Positions 11,252 through 21,095 of a stretch of DNA of 64,000 bases are shown piece after piece. Made by a program: the position numbers and the translations under genes. The stretch lies in IMG/VR virus record IMGVR_UViG_3300042923_000569, positions 124,001 to 188,000 of that record, one strand, 5' to 3'. The notes under the pieces were generated by a model, which ran no database searches, was not told where the DNA came from, and saw only the letters and a list, made by a program, of their open reading frames with translations. Each line of letters opens with the position of its first letter. Positions within the stretch are counted from its first letter, which is position 1.

Positions 11252-11683
11252 TTAATCTTGTTTTACTTCCATGAATTGCGTAACAGCTTTTACGATACTA
11301 TTACACATACGTTCAGTCAGGTATAATTCACAATCTTCTACATCAATATACATAAACTTATCTAGTTCAGGTTTTTCTTGACCATAACGATTTGTATAAG
11401 TACTGATACACTGCAAGTCATCGACTTCAGGTTTATCAGGTGCAGTATAAAAGAAAAGAACCAGCCGTTTACCCTTTCTGTAAGAAACTTCACCTATTAA
11501 AAGTAAATCTTCTTCACATATGGAGAAGCCGGTTTCTTCGTAGCATTCCCTAACTGCGGCCTCTTCATAAGTCTCTCCTTCCTCAGTTTTACCTTTAGGG
11601 AGATCCCAATGAGATTGACCAGTAGTATGTCCTATAAGTATCTGACCGTCGCGGTAAAAAATTATTCCACACGTATGACGCAT
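11252..11683 (-). CDS. Nudix hydrolase
   Basis: Nudix box WDLPKGKTEEGETYEEAAVRECYEETG. Confidence 0.92.
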   Translation of the reverse strand: MRHTCGIIFYRDGQILIGHTTGQSHWDLPKGKTEEGETYEEAAVRECYEETGFSICEEDLLLIGEVSYRKGKRLVLFFYTAPDKPEVDDLQCISTYTNRYGQEKPELDKFMYIDVEDCELYLTERMCNSIVKAVTQFMEVKQD

Positions 11684-11716
11684 ATGAATTTCCTACTAAA
11701 ATTATCAGATACCTAT

Positions 11717-11745
11717 AATATACCATATTTTTTTATTGCGTTTCA
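11717..11745 (-). promoter_or_regulatory. early-type promoter TGAAAC-N17-TATATT
   Basis: One of five copies with identical geometry and an extended TG. Confidence 0.7.
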
Positions 11746-11748
11746 GAT

Positions 11749-12864
11749 TTATGCAAACATCTTTTTGACTTCAGTTAATTGAATTCCTTTAACATAAGTC
11801 CTGATATTTGAAGATTCAAGTTTACCATTTTTAACCATCTCCTGAATGTCACCAACTGGTGCATCAGTAAACCGATCAAATACTTTGATAATTAGGTCTT
11901 CAAGCTCATTATCAATTTCACGACGAATAATAAAGTACTCGGTCAACTTATAAAGAAAATCTTCACCACCATTATTTTTGATATTCATAGTACTAAAAAG
12001 TTCTACCATATCTTCAGGTTTCTTCTTCCTGAATTTAATCAAACTTTCTGAATGCAATTTAACGAAATTGCTGAATTTAACCATCCGTGCAGGTAGTTTA
12101 ATTGAACCTGCTACATAATCTTTATCAGCAGTCATATTAGAAAGAATAACACTCCAGATAAATTCGTCTCGATGTTCAACAGTACTGTTATCTGCAATAG
12201 AATCAATTAGGTCTAATTCTTTTTGTGTTGCAGTAAAACCTGGAAGAAGAATAGCTAACGCACCAACACTTTTTAAGTACTTCAAAAAGATACTTGGCTT
12301 TTCTTCAGAGAATGCTTTTTCAAATTCTACATATACACGCTCTTTAGTAAGATGATTAATCTCACCAGCGGCAACCATCTGACGCACCATTGCATCAGTG
12401 TCTTTGTGTACGCTGAAATCAGCATAACGGGCCGCAAAACGTGCTAGACGAAGCACACGTAGCGGGTCTTCTTTAAACGCGTCAGAGACGTGTTTAAGCA
12501 CCTTATTTTTGAGATCTTCTTTACCATTATATGGGTCAACGTGTGTCTTTGTAATAATATCCCACGCAATGGCATTGATAGTTAGATCTCGACGAAATAG
12601 ATCCTGTTCTAAAGTTACACCCTGAGTTTCAACGGTGAAACCATCATAACCAGTACCAGTTTTTCTTTCAATACGTGCTAGTGCATACTCATCACCATCT
12701 GGTGATAGAAATACAGGGAAGTCTGCACCAACTTGTTTGTATCCAATACTCTCAAGATATGCAATATCTTTTGGTTTTGCACCAACAAGTACGTAATCTT
12801 TGTCTTTTGGTTTAAGACCTAAAAGTTTATCGCGAACAAAGCCGCCTACAATATATTTTTTCAT
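11749..12864 (-). CDS. cca: tRNA nucleotidyltransferase (CCA-adding enzyme, class II)
   Basis: YIVGGFVRD, DKDYV, DLFRRDLTINAIA, EDPLRVLRLARF. Confidence 0.95.
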   Translation of the reverse strand: MKKYIVGGFVRDKLLGLKPKDKDYVLVGAKPKDIAYLESIGYKQVGADFPVFLSPDGDEYALARIERKTGTGYDGFTVETQGVTLEQDLFRRDLTINAIAWDIITKTHVDPYNGKEDLKNKVLKHVSDAFKEDPLRVLRLARFAARYADFSVHKDTDAMVRQMVAAGEINHLTKERVYVEFEKAFSEEKPSIFLKYLKSVGALAILLPGFTATQKELDLIDSIADNSTVEHRDEFIWSVILSNMTADKDYVAGSIKLPARMVKFSNFVKLHSESLIKFRKKKPEDMVELFSTMNIKNNGGEDFLYKLTEYFIIRREIDNELEDLIIKVFDRFTDAPVGDIQEMVKNGKLESSNIRTYVKGIQLTEVKKMFA

Positions 12865-12865
12865 T

Positions 12866-13120
12866 TTACATCCTAGAGTATCGTGATGGGGGTGGTTCAG
12901 GCATTTTAGGTGGTTCAGGTATTGGTGGAAGGTTAATTATATCTTCTTTAATAATTTCTCCCCAAAAGCCCGTAAGTATTTCTGGTGTTTTTTCTGGTCT
13001 ATTTCCGATATCACCTTTTTGTCGGTGGCTCTGATGACGTAGTAATGCTACTTCTTCAGCAAGAGAATCTTCGCCAACCCAAAAACCATAATTCTCATCA
13101 TACAAATTAATCTCTTGCAT
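12866..13120 (-). CDS. hypothetical protein with Pro-rich tail
   Basis: 84 aa; PPIPEPPKMPEPPP; shares FWGEII / FWGNII motif with the upstream ORF. Confidence 0.55.
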   Translation of the reverse strand: MQEINLYDENYGFWVGEDSLAEEVALLRHQSHRQKGDIGNRPEKTPEILTGFWGEIIKEDIINLPPIPEPPKMPEPPPSRYSRM

Positions 13121-13505
13121 TTAATAATTCACCTACTATTATATTACCCCAAAAGTTACTAGATAATGAATCTAAAAGTTCCTTTCTCTCAGCAGCTTCG
13201 GTAATTTGTTTAATACGGTCGGGGTAATCGCCTAGCGATCTATGCCGTGGAAGATTATTTTCAATATAATTTGAGCCGCCACCTTCTTCAAAAAAAGCCA
13301 TATTATATCCACTCTTTTTTAATTTTTGTAATATAAATTCATAAACTTTTAGTGGGTCATCTTGAATATTATTTTCAATGTATGTACGACAAAATCTAGC
13401 ATCATCCATTGTAATAGTATGGGTTCCATGTTCAATGAAAAACATATCATGGGGACTACCATAAAAACATGCTTTCAAACCATAAATTCTAAAAACCGAA
13501 CTCAT
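13107..13505 (-). CDS. hypothetical protein
   Basis: 132-aa ORF downstream of a TTGACA-type promoter. Confidence 0.65.
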   Translation of the reverse strand: MSSVFRIYGLKACFYGSPHDMFFIEHGTHTITMDDARFCRTYIENNIQDDPLKVYEFILQKLKKSGYNMAFFEEGGGSNYIENNLPRHRSLGDYPDRIKQITEAAERKELLDSLSSNFWGNIIVGELLNARD

Positions 13506-13561
13506 ATTTAAATTCCAGTTAAAATATAAAAAAAGGACAGTGCATTTCTGCCCGTCCTTAT

Positions 13562-13590
13562 AATGTATCAGATTTTTACTTAGCTGTCAA
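13562..13590 (-). promoter_or_regulatory. sigma70-like promoter TTGACA-N17-TACATT
   Basis: Canonical -35, 17-nt spacer, TGn extended -10. Confidence 0.65.
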
Positions 13591-13597
13591 GGGTTTA

Positions 13598-14530
13598 TTA
13601 AATGCTACTCAATAACATATCCACTCGGTTTCCACCTACTTGAGTATACCACAGAGAGTTTTTAATTTCCTTCTTGAAACGGTGTGAATTGCTGTTCTGC
13701 ACACTTTTCCACAGTTTATTGAACCTGGATAGTTTGTCACAGCCCATTGTATACGCCATTTCAAATAGGACACGTTGCTGATCTAATGTCAGGTCAACAG
13801 CCTTTTTCCGCTGTAAAAGTAGTACGAAGTCGTTTTTAGTACGCTCCATGTCTTGTAATAGCATATCATGTGCTTGCCTTTTGCTGATACCATTACGATA
13901 TTTTACTGCATCTCTTTCGCTCTTACCCAAGTAATGACCATATCCAATAGTGAAATGACCAGTACTGTCACGATACGGGTAGAACTTTCCATTTTTAAAA
14001 GATGGACCAACTTTACCGCCAAGTAACTTTCTCTTAATTGCTGATTGAGATTCACTTGTTCCTTCTGCTGTTTTGAGATGATCGATCATAGTTTGATCCC
14101 TAATATCTAACTCTTCAGTGATATTTGGAAGTACTATCTCTTTCAAATCAATATCGCTTGGAATGTCAAACATTGTACCCGGATGTAATACTACATCCTT
14201 ATTAACCATTTGAAGTATTTTGACATAATCTTTTACCTCAACATTGTCTGGTTTAATTTTAGTAGCTACGGTCCAGAGACTATCACCACTAAGTACTTTG
14301 TATTGCTTTCTGCTTACAGTTAGTTCAGTTTCACTCTGAACAACTGGCGGTTGCTTTTGAATTTTTATAACGGGTTCTGTTTGTACCACTGCCTCTTCGA
14401 CAGAGACTGATGATGTAGTACGATCATGTGAGTTTAAACCTAATCCAAATGCAGCGGCAAGCAACAGAAAACCTACTAAGATATATTTTAACTTAGCACG
14501 AGTCTTGAGTTCTTGTATCGCTTTATACAA
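13598..14530 (-). CDS. membrane-anchored LysM + lysozyme (GH24-like) peptidoglycan hydrolase; TTG start
   Basis: N-terminal hydrophobic helix; LysM YKVLSGDSLWTVA...LHPG; lysozyme E(G)...PYRDSTGHFTIGYGH. Confidence 0.78.
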   Translation of the reverse strand: MYKAIQELKTRAKLKYILVGFLLLAAAFGLGLNSHDRTTSSVSVEEAVVQTEPVIKIQKQPPVVQSETELTVSRKQYKVLSGDSLWTVATKIKPDNVEVKDYVKILQMVNKDVVLHPGTMFDIPSDIDLKEIVLPNITEELDIRDQTMIDHLKTAEGTSESQSAIKRKLLGGKVGPSFKNGKFYPYRDSTGHFTIGYGHYLGKSERDAVKYRNGISKRQAHDMLLQDMERTKNDFVLLLQRKKAVDLTLDQQRVLFEMAYTMGCDKLSRFNKLWKSVQNSNSHRFKKEIKNSLWYTQVGGNRVDMLLSSI

Positions 14531-14643
14531 AATTTCTCCTTATTACACATTTTGGTGCTTCTTTTGCGTAATAAAGCTTACACTTTATGCGGCGGCTTTA
14601 TTTGCACAAAGTCGCTTTTGGACTTTCTACGTTAGTACGAATA

Positions 14644-15231
14644 CTACTTCGAAATTTTATTTTCTCTACTTCGAATCAACCCTTCAATGTCATACATTTT
14701 AAGTTGTTCAGTAGATGCTGTCAACGATATTGAACCTAAAGTATCTAGGTCACAGCCCTTGATACCGACACTCCTAAATTCTTCAATACTTTGAAGCATA
14801 TGAGGCGGTATCAACTCAGACAGTATAGGCTGATATTTATCATAAGTCAATATAAATTCAATAAATTCAGGCCGAACGATCATAAATCCATCAGAAACAC
14901 ACGTTTTTAAAATAACTCTGACATAATTCACATTTTCTTCAAGATCTGGATTAGCCATCACAGAATTTATTTGAAAGTTTTTAACAGGTGTTATATTATA
15001 TGGACATAGGCGATATTCTTCTATCACTAATCTTTCAACATCCACATAAAATCCAGCCTTAGTACACATACTTTGTGCATTGCAAATATAAGTAAGTGCT
15101 TCTGCATAGCTATAGTATTCAGAACCTAGAGTACTAGAAACCAAATCACCATTTGCCGAAATTACATATATAAACTGTCCGGTTATTCTATCACGAATCT
15201 TGAATTTTTCAATCATAGTAGGTTCTTCCAA
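14644..15231 (-). CDS. hypothetical protein
   Basis: 195-aa ORF. Confidence 0.6.
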   Translation of the reverse strand: MEEPTMIEKFKIRDRITGQFIYVISANGDLVSSTLGSEYYSYAEALTYICNAQSMCTKAGFYVDVERLVIEEYRLCPYNITPVKNFQINSVMANPDLEENVNYVRVILKTCVSDGFMIVRPEFIEFILTYDKYQPILSELIPPHMLQSIEEFRSVGIKGCDLDTLGSISLTASTEQLKMYDIEGLIRSRENKISK

Positions 15232-15634
15232 TAGTTATGTGGAATTCAGGAAATACCGGAAGACCTAATTCACGACGAACTTCTACTAATTCTGGACATT
15301 CAAAGTTTATAATAAAGAAGCTGCCTGGTTTTTTTCTATCTTTTACTTCAATGATATTAGGATAGAATCTGAACGTAAATTTCTTTCTGTGATATTTTTT
15401 CCACAGATGAATGTGTTCTTCATCTGGTTTTTCCCCACGAATAATACTTACGTGAGCACCCCACGCAGGCATATCGAGTATAACATGTTTTTCTTTTTGT
15501 ACGAAGTACTGGTAGTATCTTACCAAATCGTTAGGTAATTGTAATACGCACCAGTACTCAGTTCGTTTCTTCATATCTTTCCGGTCAGGGTCATATTCAA
15601 GATACCCTTCCAGTTCAATATATTCGGTAGTCAC
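15209..15634 (-). CDS. putative 2H phosphoesterase
   Basis: Two Hx(S/T)x motifs, AHVSI and FHITI, with 2H-type spacing. Confidence 0.55.
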   Translation of the reverse strand: MTTEYIELEGYLEYDPDRKDMKKRTEYWCVLQLPNDLVRYYQYFVQKEKHVILDMPAWGAHVSIIRGEKPDEEHIHLWKKYHRKKFTFRFYPNIIEVKDRKKPGSFFIINFECPELVEVRRELGLPVFPEFHITIGRTYYD

Positions 15635-15647
15635 AACTCACCTATTA

Positions 15648-15788
15648 TTATAATCCAAATATTTTAGCTACAGTTATTGCAAAAGCACCAACAATTACGG
15701 TCCCAATAGTAGTTAAAATAGGGTTCACTGCAAAAGATGTTTTATACATCAATACAGCACCAAAAATTTTGTTACGTATATCTTTCAT
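15648..15788 (-). CDS. small membrane protein (46 aa, not in ORF track)
   Basis: Manual translation MKDIRNKIFGAVLMYKTSFAVNPILTTIGTVIVGAFAITVAKIFGL; fills the intergenic gap exactly. Confidence 0.6.
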   Translation of the reverse strand: MKDIRNKIFGAVLMYKTSFAVNPILTTIGTVIVGAFAITVAKIFGL

Positions 15789-15789
15789 T

Positions 15790-15990
15790 TTATTCTTCCC
15801 AATAACTAATAGCTTCTTTTACTGCATCTGCTGGTGAAGTGGATTTCCAATCTAATAGTTCATCATCTACCCAAGGTGAAATTTCACCTTCAACAGTACT
15901 AAACCAATGTTCTGGTGGAGTATTAATTGATTTTAAAAATGTTATAAAATGAAAAGCAAAATGTAGTTTCCATTCTTCAAATGTATTCAT
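15790..15990 (-). CDS. hypothetical protein
   Basis: Start moved to MNTFEEW (AAGGA RBS); the longer ORF start overlaps a terminator. Confidence 0.6.
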   Translation of the reverse strand: MNTFEEWKLHFAFHFITFLKSINTPPEHWFSTVEGEISPWVDDELLDWKSTSPADAVKEAISYWEE

Positions 15991-16044
15991 AATAATTCCT
16001 TTTAAATGAAAAAACCCCACCGAAGTGAGGCTTTTGTGGTTATA

Positions 16045-17559
16045 TTAACCTAGTACTTGATAGCGTGGACTATCAATAGTACGTAACATTACTTGTACTG
16101 GATCTACATCCTCACCACTTAGTACTGCTTCTAATACACTTGGGCTGAATCCACTTACTAGTGCAACACCTGCGGTGTCAAACTTAACTGGATTGTTACC
16201 TGGACGTGCATTTAGATTCCAGAATACTACGGTTGGTAGTTCATATCCTGCACTTTCAAAGTCTGCTTTAGCAACTTCATATGCTGTACCATTCCAACCA
16301 CCATTACGAGCGTTAAACTCCATATCAGTTAGTACAATTAGGTTCTTTGGCATTTCGTCTGCTGGTACTTGTTGCTGAACACATACGCGTAGAATTTCTT
16401 TAAAAGCCAATTCAATGTTTGTGCTACCAGACCAGTACTGATTGCCCTGATAACGCTCAAGATCAAACTTCTTCTCAGCAATATTCGAACCTTTAAGTTC
16501 AAAGATTTGTGGACGAGTACTGAAGTTTAAGAATAGATCTTTGAAAGCACCTTCTTGTTTATCAGCAATGTACAAACCTAATGAAATAGCAACATCCATA
16601 CATGTCATACTGGTTGAACCAGCAGAAGTACCCATAGAGCCAGAGGTATCTACCATTGGGATTGATTTAGAATCACCCATGAAGTTACGTAAAGCTTCCC
16701 ATTGTGCCACAGCTAGTGCAGTACTTTCGGTGTTATAACGATTAAGCTTAGTGGTAATATCATATGGATACAATGCACCAGCATTTACCTTAGCTTCACC
16801 TTTTGCAAGAGATGCTAGATATTCACGATAACGACCTTCATCATGTTTCATGAATGCTGGTAGGTAACGTGAACTAGCAACTGATGGTAGTTTACCATAA
16901 TCAATTTCAGACCATTCACTTGCACACATTTTCTGTTCAACGGTGTTGCTCATTGAAGATAGTAGTTTGCGGTACTGACGTTCATTGATATTCATCACAG
17001 CCATTAAATCTCGTGCAATTTTGTTGTTACTTGCACGGTTTTGGTTTGCTACGGTATTCATGTCAACTTTGCCTTGTGCGTTCTTTTTGAACTTATAGAC
17101 GCGAGGCATCCATTTAGCACATAGACCATTACCGGACTTTAGTGCTTCCGCAATAGTCTGGTACGCAAGAGTTTTGGACTCTGGATTTTTAAAGATTAAC
17201 AGATCGTCCCAACGACCGAATTCTGCAAGTACAGGGATAATACGTAAAACTTCTTCTGGATGTTTAGACTCAACATACTTTAGTAATTCGCGTGGGGTAT
17301 TACGTTCACCAGCACCACCGCGAATATCCCTAGCCCAAAGGATCATCTGCAATGCTAATGTTGAATTAGCTGCATATGCCGCGTCAAAAGATGCTTTGTA
17401 CGCGTTGATGTTTTTGTTACGTAGAGAACCAATCATAAAGAACAGATCTACTAACGGATTTAGGGTACTTTTTAAGGATTCCCCACCATTCGCGGTGCGA
17501 GAGCGGTTATCAGATACTGTGGTGTTTAAATTGTTTACTGCGTTTTTAAATGCTGACAT
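16045..17559 (-). CDS. DUF2828-type vWA-domain protein (Ro60/TROVE-like architecture)
   Basis: WARDIRGGAGER, GRWDDLL, AKWMPR; MIDAS DTSGSM; LTDMEF; VFWNL; LVSGFS. Confidence 0.82.
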   Translation of the reverse strand: MSAFKNAVNNLNTTVSDNRSRTANGGESLKSTLNPLVDLFFMIGSLRNKNINAYKASFDAAYAANSTLALQMILWARDIRGGAGERNTPRELLKYVESKHPEEVLRIIPVLAEFGRWDDLLIFKNPESKTLAYQTIAEALKSGNGLCAKWMPRVYKFKKNAQGKVDMNTVANQNRASNNKIARDLMAVMNINERQYRKLLSSMSNTVEQKMCASEWSEIDYGKLPSVASSRYLPAFMKHDEGRYREYLASLAKGEAKVNAGALYPYDITTKLNRYNTESTALAVAQWEALRNFMGDSKSIPMVDTSGSMGTSAGSTSMTCMDVAISLGLYIADKQEGAFKDLFLNFSTRPQIFELKGSNIAEKKFDLERYQGNQYWSGSTNIELAFKEILRVCVQQQVPADEMPKNLIVLTDMEFNARNGGWNGTAYEVAKADFESAGYELPTVVFWNLNARPGNNPVKFDTAGVALVSGFSPSVLEAVLSGEDVDPVQVMLRTIDSPRYQVLG

Positions 17560-17651
17560 TATATCTTCCTTTCAGAAATGGTTTAATTATGTTGTTGACA
17601 CACTTCTCTTAAAACTTATTGATTGTGCATACATTGCTTATCAATAAGACT

Positions 17652-17680
17652 ATTATACCACAATTTTAAATCTTGTTTCA
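17652..17680 (-). promoter_or_regulatory. early-type promoter TGAAAC-N17-TATAAT
   Basis: aaaaaTGAAACaagatttaaaattgTGgTATAAT, upstream of the vWA gene. Confidence 0.78.
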
Positions 17681-17722
17681 TTTTTCTCAATTAAAAACAG
17701 CACCTTGCAGTGCTGTATAATA

Positions 17723-18988
17723 TTAATCTTCCGACTTTAGTAGATACTTGTTGTTAATAACTTTAAAGTGAACAGTACTGCCATTTACTTTTACAGTGCT
17801 TTTATATACATCACCTTCTGCGATAGGGTGAGTAATACTCGCATGATCAGCAGATGCTAGTGCTTCTTTAATAGATTCAAATTCTTTAAAGAAATAAACA
17901 ATATCACCTTGTGGAACCGTAGTAACACCTAGTGCAGCAGTAATTTCTAGGAAATCTGCATCATCTAAGAAGTTTTGATTATCGATATCCCAAATACGGA
18001 AACAATAGAACTGATGTTCTTCTAGCTGTTCGCGGTTACCCTGAATACCCGGTCCCATACATTCACCTTGCAAAGCAAGCTGGCGATCATACTTTTCGCA
18101 GTACTCTTTGAGACGTGCTGGAATATCATCTTTTAGTGCAGCTTTCCAGAATGCAGTACTTTCATCGAACTTCAATGCAAGATTGCGTGAGCAAACTACT
18201 ACTTGAGATTCCTGCCATTGGAACGGATAAGGTTTAACTTCAAGTACTTTAAGTTCTTGTAGTTCTTCATCCCACTCAACGACTTCATCATCAACTTTCT
18301 CAACAAAGAAATCTGGATTATTAAAGTACGCGATAGTCTGGCTAGAACCATCTAGTTTTAGAGACTTACGGAATGGAACATCCTGCATAGTCTGGCTAAA
18401 TTTACCAAATACGTTCTGAATACGATCTTCATCAGTTTTTGGAACTACTAGTGGGAAGTTGCCAGCAACTTTAGCTTTACCGGCACCAGTACCACCATTA
18501 CGTTCATCTGGACGTTCGTACTTAGTAACGTTTAAGTACTGCTCAATACCATGACGATTTTCTTCAAGATCACGAAGAATATCTTTTGCATTACCCATAA
18601 TAGTTTCAGCACTTGGCTGAAAGCAATACCTTACATTAGAATTAATACGATAGAAGAAATCTGCAAATGCAATTACTGGAAGTGCAAGTCCCTGGGAAAG
18701 TTGTTTCCTGAGCTTGATTGATTTCAACCGAATACGTTCAACACCATGTTCATCAGTTTTAGTTCCATTCTTAGAAAGGAAAGAAAAACGAGGATCATTT
18801 GCCGGAAGGAATGAATCAATCTCAAAGAATACACAGTAATCGCCGGGTGCAAATTCACCCTTTTTGATTACTACCTGCCAACCATCAATAGTTGCAACTT
18901 CAATTGCATCTGCACCATCAATAGGATTAACTTCTAGTACTTTGCGAATAGTTACTAGTTTGCGGCCTTCAGTTACTAACTCTGTCAT
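17723..18988 (-). CDS. RNA ligase, DRB0094/Rnl2-like family
   Basis: RKLVTIRKV, KLRKQLSQGL, KTDEDRIQN, KLDGSS (motif I), QGECMGPGIQGN, EGDVYK, FKVINNKYLL; start placed at MTELV. Confidence 0.9.
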   Translation of the reverse strand: MTELVTEGRKLVTIRKVLEVNPIDGADAIEVATIDGWQVVIKKGEFAPGDYCVFFEIDSFLPANDPRFSFLSKNGTKTDEHGVERIRLKSIKLRKQLSQGLALPVIAFADFFYRINSNVRYCFQPSAETIMGNAKDILRDLEENRHGIEQYLNVTKYERPDERNGGTGAGKAKVAGNFPLVVPKTDEDRIQNVFGKFSQTMQDVPFRKSLKLDGSSQTIAYFNNPDFFVEKVDDEVVEWDEELQELKVLEVKPYPFQWQESQVVVCSRNLALKFDESTAFWKAALKDDIPARLKEYCEKYDRQLALQGECMGPGIQGNREQLEEHQFYCFRIWDIDNQNFLDDADFLEITAALGVTTVPQGDIVYFFKEFESIKEALASADHASITHPIAEGDVYKSTVKVNGSTVHFKVINNKYLLKSED

Positions 18989-19005
18989 TATTTTTCTCTT
19001 TTTAA

Positions 19006-19335
19006 TTATTTTGTAGGAACTCGACGGTTCCACTTTTGCATTACTTCTTCCATTGAATCACCAATCAAAGACGCACCACAACCAAATTCACTTTCAAGAC
19101 AATTAAATGTCCAGTACATTCCACGTTCGGTAATATCTTTTTCTGAAACAAGTTGTAATGGAGAATGATGTGAATGCTTAATATCTAAATCTTCCCCAAA
19201 GCAATGAATATCCAATGGCGGGCATTTATACCAATGCATTCCCGTTGGATGTAAACTATCATGCAAGTTGTAGTGTCCAGGTTGGTTTCCACAAAACGGA
19301 CACGGCTTTATTTCACCTTTATAATGATGTTCCAT
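19006..19335 (-). CDS. Lar-like (restriction alleviation) zinc-ribbon protein
   Basis: IKPCPFCG...CGAS...EEVMQKWNRR. Confidence 0.5.
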   Translation of the reverse strand: MEHHYKGEIKPCPFCGNQPGHYNLHDSLHPTGMHWYKCPPLDIHCFGEDLDIKHSHHSPLQLVSEKDITERGMYWTFNCLESEFGCGASLIGDSMEEVMQKWNRRVPTK

Positions 19336-19377
19336 ATTATAGTTTTCCTACTGGAATATGTGAAAGTTTCTTTTTAA

Positions 19378-19713
19378 TTAATCTTTATTACTATTAACTG
19401 GAATATCAGAAAGTTCTTTTTGTAGATTATGCTTTTCGTTGAATTGTTCAATATTAAGATAAACACGAATAGCAACCTTTACATCTTTAATTCTAGAACG
19501 TTTTACCTTTGAGGTAAAAGTCACTGGTACGTGTACCATCTTACTGAACTCATGGCGGCGATACGCATCTTCTACTTTATAAGTCCTAATGTACTTATGA
19601 CTCTTTTTGAATAATTCCATAGGGTTACCAAGTGTAAGTAAGTAGTAAATTTTATTTTTCAAACGCTCGGTATACTTTTTCTTATTCTTCTGGATTATCT
19701 TGCGTTTCATCAT
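19378..19713 (-). CDS. hypothetical basic protein (true start probably 19620)
   Basis: The 5' extension overlaps a separate 55-aa ORF. Confidence 0.5.
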   Translation of the reverse strand: MMKRKIIQKNKKKYTERLKNKIYYLLTLGNPMELFKKSHKYIRTYKVEDAYRRHEFSKMVHVPVTFTSKVKRSRIKDVKVAIRVYLNIEQFNEKHNLQKELSDIPVNSNKD

Positions 19714-19849
19714 TACCCTTCAATTTTTTCCGAAGTACTGAAGAAGATGAAAAGTTTTTAGTCTTTTCAAATTCAGATTTTTTATCTTTATATTCTCCAG
19801 CAAAAGACTGAAGAATTTTCTTTGCACGTTTCTGGAATTTACTAGGCAT
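19682..19849 (-). CDS. hypothetical protein (55 aa, not in ORF track)
   Basis: Manual translation MPSKFQKRAKKILQSFAGEY...NDETQDNPEE; fills a gap. Confidence 0.55.
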   Translation of the reverse strand: MPSKFQKRAKKILQSFAGEYKDKKSEFEKTKNFSSSSVLRKKLKGNDETQDNPEE

Positions 19850-19970
19850 CATAGATTACCAATGCACCGATGATTAGCCAAAATCCCCAATAATTCAAAT
19901 CTTGACTGAAACCATATGCACCGACACCACATAGTGCAGCACCAGCTAAAACCTTAGCTACTTTATACAT
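19842..19970 (-). CDS. small membrane protein (42 aa)
   Basis: MYKVAKVLAGAALCGVGAYGF...WLIIGALVIYDA, two hydrophobic segments. Confidence 0.6.
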   Translation of the reverse strand: MYKVAKVLAGAALCGVGAYGFSQDLNYWGFWLIIGALVIYDA

Positions 19971-19971
19971 T

Positions 19972-20517
19972 TTATTTTCCATGTAGTGGATTATTACTTT
20001 GGAAGTAATGAGTTTCATTACTAGTTTCGATAGAGAAACTTTTCTGACAAAGTTTTTTAGCAAGAATATAAGCAAAATCACGAGCTTCTTTTAAAAGTAC
20101 TTCATCACTTTTTGGGAAACGTGGATAACAGATTACTCGTGCAGTAATACCACATTCTTTACCACCAGTGTAAACATAATCACATGGAGTAATCTGGAAA
20201 CAAGCACCATGTTCATAAGTATATTCGCGTGCACACTGAATAGCAGTTTGAAGTTCACCCGCCATATGAATAGTTACATATGAAGTTTTAACCGATGCGA
20301 CCAAATCAAAGTCAGGATTAAATTCAGCAAAGATTTCCTTTTTAAAGGGTTGATTATCATATAACTCCTGAACGAACGAAGCCACACGATCAATATCAAG
20401 TTCTGTATAATTATTATGTAAACGATTAAAAGTCTCTCGACTTTTTTCAAGCCATTCATTTTCAGTTTTACAACTTTCATAAATGCTTTTTAGTTCTCTG
20501 CGAATATCACTAATCAT
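19972..20517 (-). CDS. hypothetical protein
   Basis: 181-aa ORF; C-terminal YVYTGGKE...YPRFP motif. Confidence 0.65.
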   Translation of the reverse strand: MISDIRRELKSIYESCKTENEWLEKSRETFNRLHNNYTELDIDRVASFVQELYDNQPFKKEIFAEFNPDFDLVASVKTSYVTIHMAGELQTAIQCAREYTYEHGACFQITPCDYVYTGGKECGITARVICYPRFPKSDEVLLKEARDFAYILAKKLCQKSFSIETSNETHYFQSNNPLHGK

Positions 20518-20519
20518 TC

Positions 20520-21095
20520 TTATTTTACCTTAATATTTTTATTTTTTAATCTTTTTACCGGATCAGAATAGGATTCTTCAAAATCTACAACCCGCAAAAA
20601 CGTATATAAAGACAAAAAGCCATATTGTGAACAGCCGTGTGGATTATCACGTGAATAATAAAGATTACCATATCCATAATACTTATTTGAAATCCAAATA
20701 CTATCACCATTTGAAAAATCCATAGTATGGGTTCCAATTTCTACATCAAGTTCATCGTTTTCTGCTGATACAATAATTCTCATTATATAACGATCAATGC
20801 GGTCGTCAATTTCCCTAAAACTTCTTTTATAACCCTTAACTGCTTGTGGGTATTTTTTACTTAAGTACTTACAGTGTTCTTCTGTGGTCATTGATATAGT
20901 AGGAGTAGCTTCTGACATAACATCAAAAGAATCACTATCTTTCACTATGTAATTTTCAGTTTGTTTAACTGGTGGGTGTACTAATTCAATGGGTTTAGAT
21001 TTTCTTTTAAGTTTAAATGAATTATAAAAAATACCAGCACCCAACGCACTAACATGACTTGTTAACAATCCAACTACGATAATAATATCAATCAT
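20520..21095 (-). CDS. membrane-anchored hypothetical protein
   Basis: N-terminal hydrophobic helix. Confidence 0.65.
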   Translation of the reverse strand: MIDIIIVVGLLTSHVSALGAGIFYNSFKLKRKSKPIELVHPPVKQTENYIVKDSDSFDVMSEATPTISMTTEEHCKYLSKKYPQAVKGYKRSFREIDDRIDRYIMRIIVSAENDELDVEIGTHTMDFSNGDSIWISNKYYGYGNLYYSRDNPHGCSQYGFLSLYTFLRVVDFEESYSDPVKRLKNKNIKVK

